NCBI GenBank assembly: GCA_000806015.1
Contig: JWKY01000007.1
Location: 1 to 63,106 of the forward strand
Origin: an archaeon GW2011_AR19
GTDB lineage: Archaea; Nanobdellota; Nanobdellia; Pacearchaeales; GW2011-AR1
DNA: 63,106 bases
Direction: 5' to 3'
Below are positions 18,662 through 28,232 of the stretch, in pieces; position 1 is the stretch's first letter, and every line of letters begins with the position of its first letter. The position numbers and the translations under genes were made by a program. The notes under the pieces are model-generated. The model did not search any database. It saw only the letters and a program-made list of their open reading frames with translations, and was not told the DNA's origin.

Positions 18662-18919
18662 CTAATGTTTATTGAAGAAATATGCGAGTATCACAGAACT
18701 TACCCCAAGAAGAGCAACAACATTTGAGATTATTATTGGATAATTAGAAATAGAGAGACCATAAATTAACCAAATAATAACTCCAACTGCGAAAAAAAGA
18801 TAAGTCATTAGCGAAATATCTTTTGCGCTTTTTCTTTTGAAAATTTTATATGTCTGCGGAAGATACGCAAAACCCATTAATGTTCCAAAAATTGTTGTTA
18901 TTATAGGAAGTATATCCAT
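18662..18919 (-). CDS. SemiSWEET / PQ-loop family transporter (3 TM)
   Basis: 85 aa with three TM segments and the PQ motif FAYLPQTYKIFKRKSAKDIS. Confidence 0.6.
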   Translation of the reverse strand: MDILPIITTIFGTLMGFAYLPQTYKIFKRKSAKDISLMTYLFFAVGVIIWLIYGLSISNYPIIISNVVALLGVSSVILAYFFNKH

Positions 18920-18949
18920 AAATAGATTATGAAAATTGATTATTTAAAT

Positions 18950-19366
18950 TTAAACAATCCTAAAATCTCTCTTAAAAAAAGATTGAACAATTTTTTTCAT
19001 TTCATTTAAGCGCCTTTTTTCTCTTCCAATTAACATTGCTTTATTCATCTTTCCGGCGTTGACAATAATTTCCTCCGGAGTAATTTCAATTCCATTGAAT
19101 GTAATTGGACTTATAATCCTTCTAATAAATTCTCTGGCATCTTCTATGCCTTCCGGCTGAGCAACCACCCTTATTCTTTTTCCTATTATACTACTCATTT
19201 TTTTTAAATTCTCCGCATTTTGTCCAAGAGCTTTTTTAATTAACCTTCTTGGAACGCAAAAAACCAGCATATTGTTATATTCAAAAAAATATCTTGTATC
19301 TACTCTTGTTATTTGCGCAAACAAATTAAGATATCTTAAATCCTGCATATCGAGGATGTTTGTCAT
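18950..19366 (-). CDS. nusA: Archaeal NusA homolog (KH domains)
   Basis: Sits in the conserved position upstream of S12 with KH-like segments (..IGKRIRVV.., ..MLIGREKRRL..). The start is set at the first ATG (MTNILDMQ); the ORF track begins at an upstream TTG. Confidence 0.7.
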   Translation of the reverse strand: MTNILDMQDLRYLNLFAQITRVDTRYFFEYNNMLVFCVPRRLIKKALGQNAENLKKMSSIIGKRIRVVAQPEGIEDAREFIRRIISPITFNGIEITPEEIIVNAGKMNKAMLIGREKRRLNEMKKIVQSFFKRDFRIV

Positions 19367-19480
19367 TAAAAAGATTAACAAGAGTTGTTTATAAATCTTT
19401 TTGCCGTCGGATTATTTGTTAAAAAGGTTAAAACCAAAATAAGAATAAAATTTCTATCTTTTATTCAGAATTAAATTTAT

Positions 19481-19515
19481 TTATTAACACTTTCAACAAT
19501 TTCTTTTTTAGCTAA
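19481..19515. repeat. Third, decayed copy of the rpoA 3' tail (encodes AKKEIVESVNK* on the minus strand)
   Basis: tttattaacactttcaacaatttcttttttagc is compared with the copies at 20716..20763 and 20889..20936. Confidence 0.6.
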
Positions 19516-19617
19516 TTTTTTCTAAAAAAAGAAGATAACCAAAATCTTTTTAAAGTTCAAAGAGGTAATATAATCAATAACTGTCCCGCATGGTTCGCCA
19601 TATTGGGACTTCTTTTT

Positions 19618-19794
19618 TTACATTAAAGTTTTCTTTAAGTTTATTGAACCATTACAACAATTTCTTAAAAGATAAGAAGAACTTTTTGGGAAAAAAACAT
19701 TAATAACTTTTTTATTGTTCTTTTGAACAAGCTTTATTGCAGGAACAAAATCTCCATCTCCAGAAATAATTATTGCGACATCATATAAATTTTT
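19618..19794 (-). pseudogene. NYN/LabA-like domain gene fragment (C-terminal part only, no start codon)
   Basis: Hand translation gives ..YDVAIIISGDGDFVPAIKLVQKNNKKVINVFFPKSSSYLLRNCCNGSINLKKTLM*. This parallels ILISGDADFIPAMQIIKDAGYEVII in the intact NYN gene at 48721. Confidence 0.55.
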
Positions 19795-19854
19795 TTACTA
19801 TATCTATAACTTTTTTAAAATAGGTATATAAACTTTAATTTTTTATAGATTTTT

Positions 19855-20211
19855 ATGACAAACGAAAAAGAAGTTAAAACAATAACAGATAAACAAGAAA
19901 TAAGCAAAATAATTCAAGAAAAAATTAAAGGCAAAAAACTAATTTTTACAAACTATTATTATTTTGGCATTGATAAAAGAGGGATTGCTCATGAGAGAGT
20001 TACTGATATTTTTCCGCAATTTGAAAAAGTAATTGCTATAGAAATAGAAACTTTGAAATTTGGAGATTTAGGTTACGAATTCTTTTACGAAATGGGCAAG
20101 AATATTACTTTTTCTATTGCTACTTGTCTAAAAGACAATAAAATTTTAATAATTCATGCAGTAGAATATAAAAGAAATCTGGAAAAAAGAATCAAAAAAT
20201 TTAAGCGATAA
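19855..20211 (+). CDS. Hypothetical, DUF4258-like putative toxin
   Basis: 118 aa with weak resemblance to the 50394..50723 protein. It is convergent with a DUF2283-like gene. Confidence 0.35.
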   Translation: MTNEKEVKTITDKQEISKIIQEKIKGKKLIFTNYYYFGIDKRGIAHERVTDIFPQFEKVIAIEIETLKFGDLGYEFFYEMGKNITFSIATCLKDNKILIIHAVEYKRNLEKRIKKFKR

Positions 20212-20539
20212 TCAAGGATTGTTTCATTGGGACATTAAAAGGGATTCTTTCTATATTTCCATGTTTTGGTTTTAAGATAAAATAAAGAATATAGCCATCT
20301 TTATATTTTTTAAATATTAATTGAGCGTCTTCTAAATCAGTTAAAGCTATTGAATTTAATCCAAGAGAGGATAAATATTCGGAGATATTTCTAATCTCAA
20401 CATTTACAATTTTGCCATTATTCGCAAAATCAAGAGTTACATTTAAAACTCTCACGCTTCCAACTATTTTTTCATTAATTTTCTTGCATGAAATCATAAA
20501 CCTATCTGAAAATTCATCATAAAAATAATTCTTTTCCAT
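20201..20539 (-). CDS. DUF2283-like protein
   Basis: Has the pattern YFYDEFSDRFMISCK...GKIVNVEIRNISEYL, as in the proteins at 50026 and 56464. Confidence 0.4.
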   Translation of the reverse strand: MEKNYFYDEFSDRFMISCKKINEKIVGSVRVLNVTLDFANNGKIVNVEIRNISEYLSSLGLNSIALTDLEDAQLIFKKYKDGYILYFILKPKHGNIERIPFNVPMKQSLIIA

Positions 20540-20715
20540 TTTTTTGTCTTAATATGTTTAATTTTTAATCTTATTTAAACTTTTTGGAAGAACAATTTTT
20601 GAAAAGATACGCTTTTTCAAAAAGCACAAAAAGAATTTGACAATTATTTGCAGCAGATTAAAGAAATTAAAACCGCTCAAGGATTAGAAAATTTAAAATA
20701 AATTTTTCATTTTAT

Positions 20716-20763
20716 TTATTAACCATCTCAACAATTTCTTTTTTTGCAGTCTTTTTGTCTTTA
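20716..20763. repeat. Second copy of the rpoA 3' tail (encodes KDKKTAKKEIVEMVNK* on the minus strand)
   Basis: tttattaaccatctcaacaatttctttttttgcagtctttttgtcttt includes a 29-nt run identical to 20889..20936. Confidence 0.8.
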
Positions 20764-20781
20764 AACTCAAATTTCCTATTT

Positions 20782-20869
20782 GAGTTCCGCAGGATTTAAA
20801 CTCCCGACCCCGCACGGCTTATTTATTTTTCTTTTTAGTTACTGCCTACCACGAAGTCGCTCGCCGAGG
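20782..20869. repeat. GC-richer mosaic repeat (tRNA T-arm-like fragment plus the GACTTCGTGGTAG motif)
   Basis: ctcccgaccccgcacg and ctaccacgaagtcgctcgcc recur at 29105-29125 and 29215-29240. They also recur in reverse orientation at 39296 and 52085-52140. Confidence 0.65.
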
Positions 20870-20885
20870 ACATGAAAAAAGACTG

Positions 20886-23800
20886 CTACTTATTAACAGC
20901 TTCAACAATTTCTTTTTTTGCAGTCTTTTTGTCTTCTTCTCTTTTTACTAAAGGACCTATAACTTTAACAAGCAACCCTGGAAATCCTGTTCCAACAGGA
21001 ACCGGCTGATTTAAAATTATATTTTCAATAACGCTTTTTAATTTTTCTTTGCTTCCTTTAACTGTAGCATTTACAAATTGTTTTATTGGAGTTTCAAAAG
21101 TTGCCCTCGCAAGAATCGAAGACTTCTGCGCGATTATTCCCATTCTTGTAACTCCTTTAATCTGCCCGGTATTTGTTATAGCATCTGACGCCAGTTTAAG
21201 ATGATGGTCATCAATATCTAATCCCTGAGTATTAAGAACATATTTTATTTCATTAATAATTAATTGTCTTGCAGCTTCAATTCCAAAAACTTCCGCAATT
21301 TCATAAAAATCATTTGAAATAATTTTATCTTTATTTACTTCTTTCATTTTTATTATTTCTTCAATATTTGTTCCGAGAGTTATAATAACAAAATTATTCT
21401 CTTTTTTTAAAATTAAAATTTGTTTAATGCCCTTTACCCCTGAAATTATCGTATTCTTAAATTTCTCTTTTAACAGATAGATTTCTTTGAAAGAAAGAGC
21501 GTCAGAATTCAATACAATCATCTCGTCTTTTTCTTTTGCTTTAAAATTTAACTCATTTAATCTTTCAACTATCTTTTTTATAGTCACATGAGTTTTTTTT
21601 AAAGCTTCTTTGTCAATTTTTATTTCAATTATTTTTTTGCTGAAATTTATTGCAATTTCTGAAGAAACTTCTTTTAATGTCACTTCTTTTATTTTTTCAG
21701 CAAAGATTTCCGCATCTTTTTCATTATTGTATTCTTTATTTAAATAAATCTCCATTTTTGGAGAGGAAGGTTTTTTTCTCGCATCAAATATTTCTATCAG
21801 CCTTGGCAATCCCATAGTTACCTGCATCTCTGCAACACCTGCAAAATGGAATACATTTAATGCCATTTGTGTTGAAGGCTCTCCAAATGACTGGGCAGTT
21901 ACCAGTCCTAAAGCTTCACCCGGAACAATATTTCCGCCGGTATGCAATTCTGAAACATCTTTATTATCGTCGCCATATTTAAATTCTATTATTCTATTAT
22001 TGCTGTCTCTTACTGTTCCGTCATATTCTGCTCTTAAATCCTGGAAAGCGTTTGCAAGTCTTCTATATAAATAACCAGATTTTGGAGTTCTTAATGCAGT
22101 ATCCATTAAACTATCCCGTCCTGTAATAGAGCCAAAGAAAAATTCATCTGGCCTCAATCCTTTGATAAATGAATTTTTGATAAACCCTCTTGCTTTAGGA
22201 GATAAATCATTTTTCTTAAAAAAAGGAAGAGTTCTCTGAGTAAAACCAATATCAATTCTTTTACCCCACAATGCTTGTTGTCCGACACAGCAAGCCATTT
22301 GAGTAATATTTAAAATATTCCCGCCGCCTCCGGCTTTAATCATGCTATTTACCGGATTTTCTTTCGGGAATTTTTCTTTTACAATAGAACCAATTTTTGT
22401 TCTTACTTCATTTAAAACCTGAAGAATTTTTATTTCTCTGGATTCTTCTGAAGTCTTGCCGGGAATAATTTCAAGACTTTTATTTTCATAAGATTCAATA
22501 ATTTCTTTTGTTCTTTTTTCAGATTTTTTGATAATTTCTTCTGTTTCTTCAATAACACTTTCTTTTAAATCAAAATCTTCAACGCATGCAGTTATTCCAT
22601 GTTGAGTCAAATATGTTTTTCCAAGATTAAATGCTTTGGTAAGCGCATCAAAAGCTTCTTCTCTCCCAAAATCTTTGTCAATTTTTTTAATCAGCGCGCC
22701 ATCTTCAACGCCAAAAGTTGTTTTATCAATAACTCCTTTAATAATTTCTCCGTCTTTTATTTTAATTGAATCATTAGAAAAATCAATTTTTGGAAGAATC
22801 ATTGAAAATAGTTCAGTTCCTGAAATCTTTTTCTTTACAGGCTCAAAATCCAAGCCAGATTGATATAATAATTGGTTTGCATCTTCTTTTGAGAATTCAT
22901 TTAATCCTAAAAGATAATTTCCCGTTATAGAATCCTGCACACATCCGATTAAATTAGTATTATTTTTTGGAGACATCAAATTTTTTTTAACATCAAGCAA
23001 AATTTTTGCTTCTGCGCGCGCTTCTTCTGTTTGCGGACTGTGAATGTTCATTTCATCGCCGTCAAAATCAGCGTTATAAGGAGTGCAGACAGCAGGATGC
23101 ATTCTAAATGTTTTGCCCGGAAGAACTTTTACAAAATGGGCCATTAAACTTCCTCTATGCAGGCTCGGATGTCTGTTGAATAAAACAATATCTCCATCCT
23201 GTAAATGCCTTTCTACAATATATCCCTGAGAAATTTCAGCAATTATTTCTTCTTTTAATTCCTGAGAAATTTTTTTTCTTTTTCCATCCGGCCTCATAAT
23301 ATAATTAGCGCCGGGATAATCTTCTCCTTTTTCAATAAGTTTTATTAATTTTTTTATGTTAAGATCATTAACAGTCTCGGCAACAGTAATAATTTTTGCA
23401 ATTTCATAAGGAATGCCGACTTCATTAATTTTAAGAAAAGGATCAGGAGAAATAACTGTTCTGCCTGCATAATTTACTCTCTTACCGGCGATATTTTTTC
23501 TAATTCTTCCTTCCTTGCCTTTGATTCTTTCTGTAATCGTTTTTAATGGCTGACCGCTTCGGTGTCTTGCTGGAGGAATTTTTGAAACAGTATTATCAAA
23601 AAAAGTTGTGACATGAAACTGCAGCAAATCCCATAAATCTTCAATAATAACCTCGGGAGCGCCCGCATTTAAATTTTCCCACAACCTCTGATTAGCTCTT
23701 ATAATATCTGATAATTTATGCGTTAAATCATCTTCTGAACGTTCGCCGTTTTCTAAAATGATGCTTGGCCTTACAGTTACTGGCGGAACTAATAAAGAAG

Positions 23801-24371
23801 TTAGAATAGCCCATTCAGGTCTGAATGTCCCGCAATTAATTTCAATTTTTTCAAGTTCTTCATCCGGAACATTAACAAGAGTTTCTCTTATTTCTGTCGG
23901 GAAAAGTCTTTTTTTGCCTTTATAAAAAGTTGTTGGTTTGTCTAATTTAACTTTTTCCTGAAGACTCAAGCAGTAAGGGCATTTTTTCTTGTCCCTCGCT
24001 CTTTTTGCTCTTTTACTTGGAGAATATTTTTCCAATTCTTTTTCTTCAAGCATCAACTTGCCGCAACTTTGACAAAAAGCTCTTAAAACTAATTCAACTA
24101 AAGGAATATATTTCAAATGCATTATTGATCTGGCTAAATCAATACTTCCGGAATGTCCAAGACATTCTTTAAGTCTGTCTCCGCAGGTTCTGCATCTTAC
24201 TCCGGGATCAATTGCTCCAAGCCTTAAATCCATTAATCCGCCGTCAACAGGATATCCATCTATATCATAAAGTTCCGGCGTCACAATTTTTGCAACTGAA
24301 AGTTTTTTTATCTCTTCCGGACTAAGTAAAGAAAAACTTATTTCTCCTATTTTTTTTCTTATTGGTTTCAT
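20886..24371 (-). CDS. rpoA: RNA polymerase subunit A, unsplit (A' and A'' parts in one 1161-aa ORF)
   Basis: The N-terminal zinc region reads RCRTCGDRLKECLGHSG and the catalytic site reads NADFDGDEMN. It also has the bridge-helix region ITQMACCVGQQ and the A''-type trigger loop AQSFGEPSTQMALNVFHFAGVAE..GLPRLIEIFDARK. No stop codon occurs between these parts. Confidence 0.9.
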   Translation of the reverse strand: MKPIRKKIGEISFSLLSPEEIKKLSVAKIVTPELYDIDGYPVDGGLMDLRLGAIDPGVRCRTCGDRLKECLGHSGSIDLARSIMHLKYIPLVELVLRAFCQSCGKLMLEEKELEKYSPSKRAKRARDKKKCPYCLSLQEKVKLDKPTTFYKGKKRLFPTEIRETLVNVPDEELEKIEINCGTFRPEWAILTSLLVPPVTVRPSIILENGERSEDDLTHKLSDIIRANQRLWENLNAGAPEVIIEDLWDLLQFHVTTFFDNTVSKIPPARHRSGQPLKTITERIKGKEGRIRKNIAGKRVNYAGRTVISPDPFLKINEVGIPYEIAKIITVAETVNDLNIKKLIKLIEKGEDYPGANYIMRPDGKRKKISQELKEEIIAEISQGYIVERHLQDGDIVLFNRHPSLHRGSLMAHFVKVLPGKTFRMHPAVCTPYNADFDGDEMNIHSPQTEEARAEAKILLDVKKNLMSPKNNTNLIGCVQDSITGNYLLGLNEFSKEDANQLLYQSGLDFEPVKKKISGTELFSMILPKIDFSNDSIKIKDGEIIKGVIDKTTFGVEDGALIKKIDKDFGREEAFDALTKAFNLGKTYLTQHGITACVEDFDLKESVIEETEEIIKKSEKRTKEIIESYENKSLEIIPGKTSEESREIKILQVLNEVRTKIGSIVKEKFPKENPVNSMIKAGGGGNILNITQMACCVGQQALWGKRIDIGFTQRTLPFFKKNDLSPKARGFIKNSFIKGLRPDEFFFGSITGRDSLMDTALRTPKSGYLYRRLANAFQDLRAEYDGTVRDSNNRIIEFKYGDDNKDVSELHTGGNIVPGEALGLVTAQSFGEPSTQMALNVFHFAGVAEMQVTMGLPRLIEIFDARKKPSSPKMEIYLNKEYNNEKDAEIFAEKIKEVTLKEVSSEIAINFSKKIIEIKIDKEALKKTHVTIKKIVERLNELNFKAKEKDEMIVLNSDALSFKEIYLLKEKFKNTIISGVKGIKQILILKKENNFVIITLGTNIEEIIKMKEVNKDKIISNDFYEIAEVFGIEAARQLIINEIKYVLNTQGLDIDDHHLKLASDAITNTGQIKGVTRMGIIAQKSSILARATFETPIKQFVNATVKGSKEKLKSVIENIILNQPVPVGTGFPGLLVKVIGPLVKREEDKKTAKKEIVEAVNK

Positions 24372-24386
24372 GGGTATTTTTTAAAT

Positions 24387-24638
24387 TTATTTTATTGCCT
24401 CTTTCAATCTTTTTTCTAAAAAATTAATAGTTCCTTTATTATATCCGCCAATGTAAATACATCTACTTTTTGGACTTGATTTAATTATCGCTCCAGAAAA
24501 TTTATATTGAGAAAGACCACGAGAGGTAGTTTGATAAGTTGATGTTCCTGCGAATAACCATGCATCTGCTCTATTAAATAATTCTTCTGATTTTAATTTA
24601 ATTCTGTAATAAATTCTTTTTTCTATATTTTTTGTCAT
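24387..24638 (-). CDS. Small unknown protein (83 aa), second gene of a two-gene cassette between rpoB and rpoA
   Basis: ORF lying 2 nt after the upstream partner. Its C-terminal YIGGYNKGTINFLEKRLKEAIK is paralogous to the partner's KIEGYSKENMEFIQKTLESLV. Confidence 0.5.
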   Translation of the reverse strand: MTKNIEKRIYYRIKLKSEELFNRADAWLFAGTSTYQTTSRGLSQYKFSGAIIKSSPKSRCIYIGGYNKGTINFLEKRLKEAIK

Positions 24639-24640
24639 TT

Positions 24641-24922
24641 TTATTCTATGTCTCCTTCGCTTAAAATAATTGCACGTCTTTTTTCTGAATTTACAAGCGA
24701 TTCAAGAGTTTTTTGGATAAATTCCATATTCTCTTTGCTGTATCCTTCAATCTTAAATTTTTTTAAATCACTATAAGCAGTAATTTTTTCACTATATATC
24801 TTAAAAGTTAAATTTCCACCTACATTTTTTTCTTTTCCGTTTGTTTCTTTAACATAAGTTCCTAACCAATGAAGTCCATCATCATATTGCCTATCTGTTT
24901 TAGCTCTAATTGTTTCCATCAT
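24641..24922 (-). CDS. Small unknown protein (93 aa), first gene of the cassette between rpoB and rpoA
   Basis: ORF co-directional with the RNAP genes. Confidence 0.5.
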   Translation of the reverse strand: MMETIRAKTDRQYDDGLHWLGTYVKETNGKEKNVGGNLTFKIYSEKITAYSDLKKFKIEGYSKENMEFIQKTLESLVNSEKRRAIILSEGDIE

Positions 24923-24974
24923 TTTATTTTTTATCTTAGTTTTTTGTTCCTTTTTTTTCTAAAAAAGAAACCCA

Positions 24975-27900
24975 TTATTCATATTTATTTTTTAATTTAA
25001 AAGTTGTGTTTATGTGCATTCCCTTTAATTCTTCGACGAGAAGTTTAAAAGCATATGAAATTTCAATAATTTCAACATCTTCACTTTCACATTTTGGACA
25101 CATTATTTTTCCTCTTATCTTATCGTCTATTGCTGTTGAACCGCATCTAACGCAAATTGGAAGAATTATTTTATCTGAATCATATCTTTCTTTTAATAAT
25201 AATGAAGACCCATGAGCAATCAATGCCTGTTGTTCCATTTCACCAAGTCTTAATGCGCCGCCGCGAGACCTTCCTTCAATTGGCTGTCTTGTTAATAATG
25301 CAATTTTACCCAAAGCTCTTCCGTGCATTTTATTGCTAACCATATATTTTAATTTTAAATAATATAAATTTCCTAAAAATATTTTTGACACCATTTTTTT
25401 CCCGGTAATTCCATTGTACATTGTTTCTTTCCCATCAAATCTAAATCCTAATTCTTCTAATTGATCTTCTAATTCTTTTTTGTCTGACCCAAAAAAAGAA
25501 GTCCCGTCTATAATTTTTCCTTTTAATGAACCAACTTTGCCGGCCAATAATTCAAGTAAATATCCTACAGTCATACGGCTTGGTAATCCATGAGGGTTAA
25601 AAATTATATCCGGCTTATTTCCTTTTGAAGTAAAAGGCATATCTTCTTCAGGAACAATTAATCCAATAACTCCTTTTTGTCCATGCGATGTTGCAAATTT
25701 GTCGCCTAATTCAGGAATACGCTGGTCGCGGGTTTTAACCTGAATAACTTTATTTCCTTCATTATCTTTTGTTATAAAAACAGCGTCAACAATTCCTTTT
25801 TCTTCCTGCCTCATTGTTACGCTGGATTCTTTTTTTGTTCTTATTGAAATATCTCTTGCTTCTGATAAAAATTTAGGAGGAGAAACTTTTCCAATCAAAA
25901 TTTCTCCTTCATTTATTTCTGCTTCAGGATAAACAAGACCATCGCTTTCCAAATAACGATATAATTTTTCCATTCTATATCCTGAAGTATCTTTTTCAGG
26001 AATGGCAATTTCATCTTTTAGCCCGCCGGCATAATTCATTTCAATAGCAGAATATGGTCTGAAGTAAAAGCTTCGTCCAACTCCTCTGTCCACTCCGCCT
26101 TTATTCAGCACAAGAGCGTCTTCCATATTATACCCTTCATAAGTCATAATACCGACGATTAAATTTTGTCCTGCAGGATAAATGTCAAGAGCATCATAAA
26201 CAAAACTCCTGACAATTGGTTTTTGAGGATATTGTAAAATTGAAACATCTGTATCTAATCTGCATAAATAATTAGCAGAATACAAACCTAAAGCCTGTTT
26301 TTGCGTCTTGCTCCCGCGATTTAAACGAGAGCTTTGATTATGATTTCCGTATGGAACTAAACTTGTAATTGCGCCAAATAAAGAAATAGGGTCAATTTCA
26401 AGATGAGTATGTTCTGGAGTTAATTCTTCTTCAAATAATGAAACAAGCGCATTTTCTTCTTCAGACGCGTCAATATATTCAATTAATCCTTTTTCAATTA
26501 AATCTTCCCAATTCAAATTTCCTTGCTGTATTTGAATTAAGTGATTGTTGTTTATTCTTGGAATTCCATTATCAACGATAATTAAAGGTCTTAATACTCT
26601 TCCGGCTTCACTTGAAAATCTAATTGTTTCAAATCCATGATCATTTCTTATACTAATTTGCTCCGGCAATCCTCCTTCACGTCTTTTTTCTCTTAATCTT
26701 TTTGCAAATTCGTCGTTATCTTTTACAGTTCCAATAAACCTTCCATTTAAAACAACGTCTTTTCCTTCAATTGCTTCTTTATCTAATCCTTCTTCTTCTA
26801 AAACTTTAATTATTTCTTCTTCATTCATTTTTGTTCTTGTAGAAACTTTGCTTAATATTGCCAAATTTTTTCTTAAACCAATTTCAGTTCCTTCAGGAGT
26901 TTCAATTGGACAGAATCTTCCATAATGCGTCGGGTGAAGTGTTCTTGCTTTGAAATTTTCCTGATCAGACGGAAGCATACTTGAAATTCTCTGCAACTGA
27001 GAAATTGTTGCTAAATAATTTGTTTTATCCATGTTTTGTGTTATTCCGGATCTCTCGCCAGTCCATGCCCCCGTTGCAATAGCAGATTCAACTCTATGAG
27101 AAAACAGCGTCGATTTTGCTAAAACTTTTATTGAAAAATAATTTTTCCTTTTTACTGATTTTTGAAGAGAATATTTAATATCTCTTATTAAAATTCCTAA
27201 ATTTACTTTGAATAAAGTTGCTAAAAGATCTCCTGAAAGTCTGACTCGCTTGTTTGCATAATGGTCTTTGTCTGTTTTTAATTCCGGGTTGTCTTTTGCA
27301 ATTAAATAATGTTTTATTAATTTGCATAAAGTAATTGCTTTTTTTGTTCTATCTTCTTTTTTCTGCCCGATATGCGGAAAAAGATATGAATCAATTCTTG
27401 ATTTTACTCTTTCAACAATTTCTTTTTTTGTTCCCTGTAAATTTGTCTTTTCAGCAATATACATTATCGCATCTTCTTTTGTAACAATATTGACAAATTC
27501 ATAAAGATTGACAATAACGCTGTCATTTTCTTTTCCAATATATTTTGCAATATCTGATTCTTTTGTTAATCCAAGAGATTTTAATAAAACAATTGCAGGT
27601 AAATCTTTGAATCTGCTGAATGAAAGATTAAACAATCCATCTTTTCCCTCGTTGAGAGTTATTGGAATTCTGTAAGTTCCTCTCAAAGAAAACATTTTCA
27701 GGACTAATACCCCGTTTTTTCCGTACTCTATAAAAAATTGGTTTTCAGCCAAGTCTTCTGCCATAATCATGACTCTTTCATTTCCTTTAATTATAAAATA
27801 CCCGCCGGGATCTTTGGGATCATTATAATTTGCTATTAATTCTTCACGGGACATTCCATGAGTATTGCATGCTTTGCTTTTTACCATAATCGGAATTTTT

Positions 27901-28232
27901 CCAATTTCTACAATTTCAGAATCAGTTTGCCCATCTTTTTTAATAGTTAATTCAATATTAATTGGGGCAGCATAAGTCAAGTCTCTTAATCTTGCTTCAC
28001 TTGGAGTGATAAAAGAAGAACTTCCGTCTGCTTCAATAATTTTTGGTTTTCCAACTTCTATTTTTCCAAGAATTATTTCAAAATCTTCATTGTCCATTGA
28101 ATCATTTATTTCATTGACAATTTCCTGCATTCTATATTCAATAAAATCATTAAATGAAATAACATTTGATTCTACAAGAGAGTGAGTTTTTAGATAATTT
28201 TTAACAATGATGTGCTCGTTTTTTATTTCCAT
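24975..28232 (-). CDS. rpoB: RNA polymerase subunit B (unsplit)
   Basis: Full-length Rpo2 with ..HGQKGV.., GEMEQQALIAHG and a C-terminal zinc ribbon CVRCG...CPKC. The start is set at ATG 28232..28230 (MEIKNEHII), which is preceded by GGAGG; the ORF track extends 16 codons upstream into a duplicated leader. Confidence 0.93.
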   Translation of the reverse strand: MEIKNEHIIVKNYLKTHSLVESNVISFNDFIEYRMQEIVNEINDSMDNEDFEIILGKIEVGKPKIIEADGSSSFITPSEARLRDLTYAAPINIELTIKKDGQTDSEIVEIGKIPIMVKSKACNTHGMSREELIANYNDPKDPGGYFIIKGNERVMIMAEDLAENQFFIEYGKNGVLVLKMFSLRGTYRIPITLNEGKDGLFNLSFSRFKDLPAIVLLKSLGLTKESDIAKYIGKENDSVIVNLYEFVNIVTKEDAIMYIAEKTNLQGTKKEIVERVKSRIDSYLFPHIGQKKEDRTKKAITLCKLIKHYLIAKDNPELKTDKDHYANKRVRLSGDLLATLFKVNLGILIRDIKYSLQKSVKRKNYFSIKVLAKSTLFSHRVESAIATGAWTGERSGITQNMDKTNYLATISQLQRISSMLPSDQENFKARTLHPTHYGRFCPIETPEGTEIGLRKNLAILSKVSTRTKMNEEEIIKVLEEEGLDKEAIEGKDVVLNGRFIGTVKDNDEFAKRLREKRREGGLPEQISIRNDHGFETIRFSSEAGRVLRPLIIVDNGIPRINNNHLIQIQQGNLNWEDLIEKGLIEYIDASEEENALVSLFEEELTPEHTHLEIDPISLFGAITSLVPYGNHNQSSRLNRGSKTQKQALGLYSANYLCRLDTDVSILQYPQKPIVRSFVYDALDIYPAGQNLIVGIMTYEGYNMEDALVLNKGGVDRGVGRSFYFRPYSAIEMNYAGGLKDEIAIPEKDTSGYRMEKLYRYLESDGLVYPEAEINEGEILIGKVSPPKFLSEARDISIRTKKESSVTMRQEEKGIVDAVFITKDNEGNKVIQVKTRDQRIPELGDKFATSHGQKGVIGLIVPEEDMPFTSKGNKPDIIFNPHGLPSRMTVGYLLELLAGKVGSLKGKIIDGTSFFGSDKKELEDQLEELGFRFDGKETMYNGITGKKMVSKIFLGNLYYLKLKYMVSNKMHGRALGKIALLTRQPIEGRSRGGALRLGEMEQQALIAHGSSLLLKERYDSDKIILPICVRCGSTAIDDKIRGKIMCPKCESEDVEIIEISYAFKLLVEELKGMHINTTFKLKNKYE

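Noticed and set aside
19400-19850. Search for rpl30e in the rpoA-nusA gap
   Set aside because: No L30e-like frame was found. The only coding remnant is the NYN fragment.
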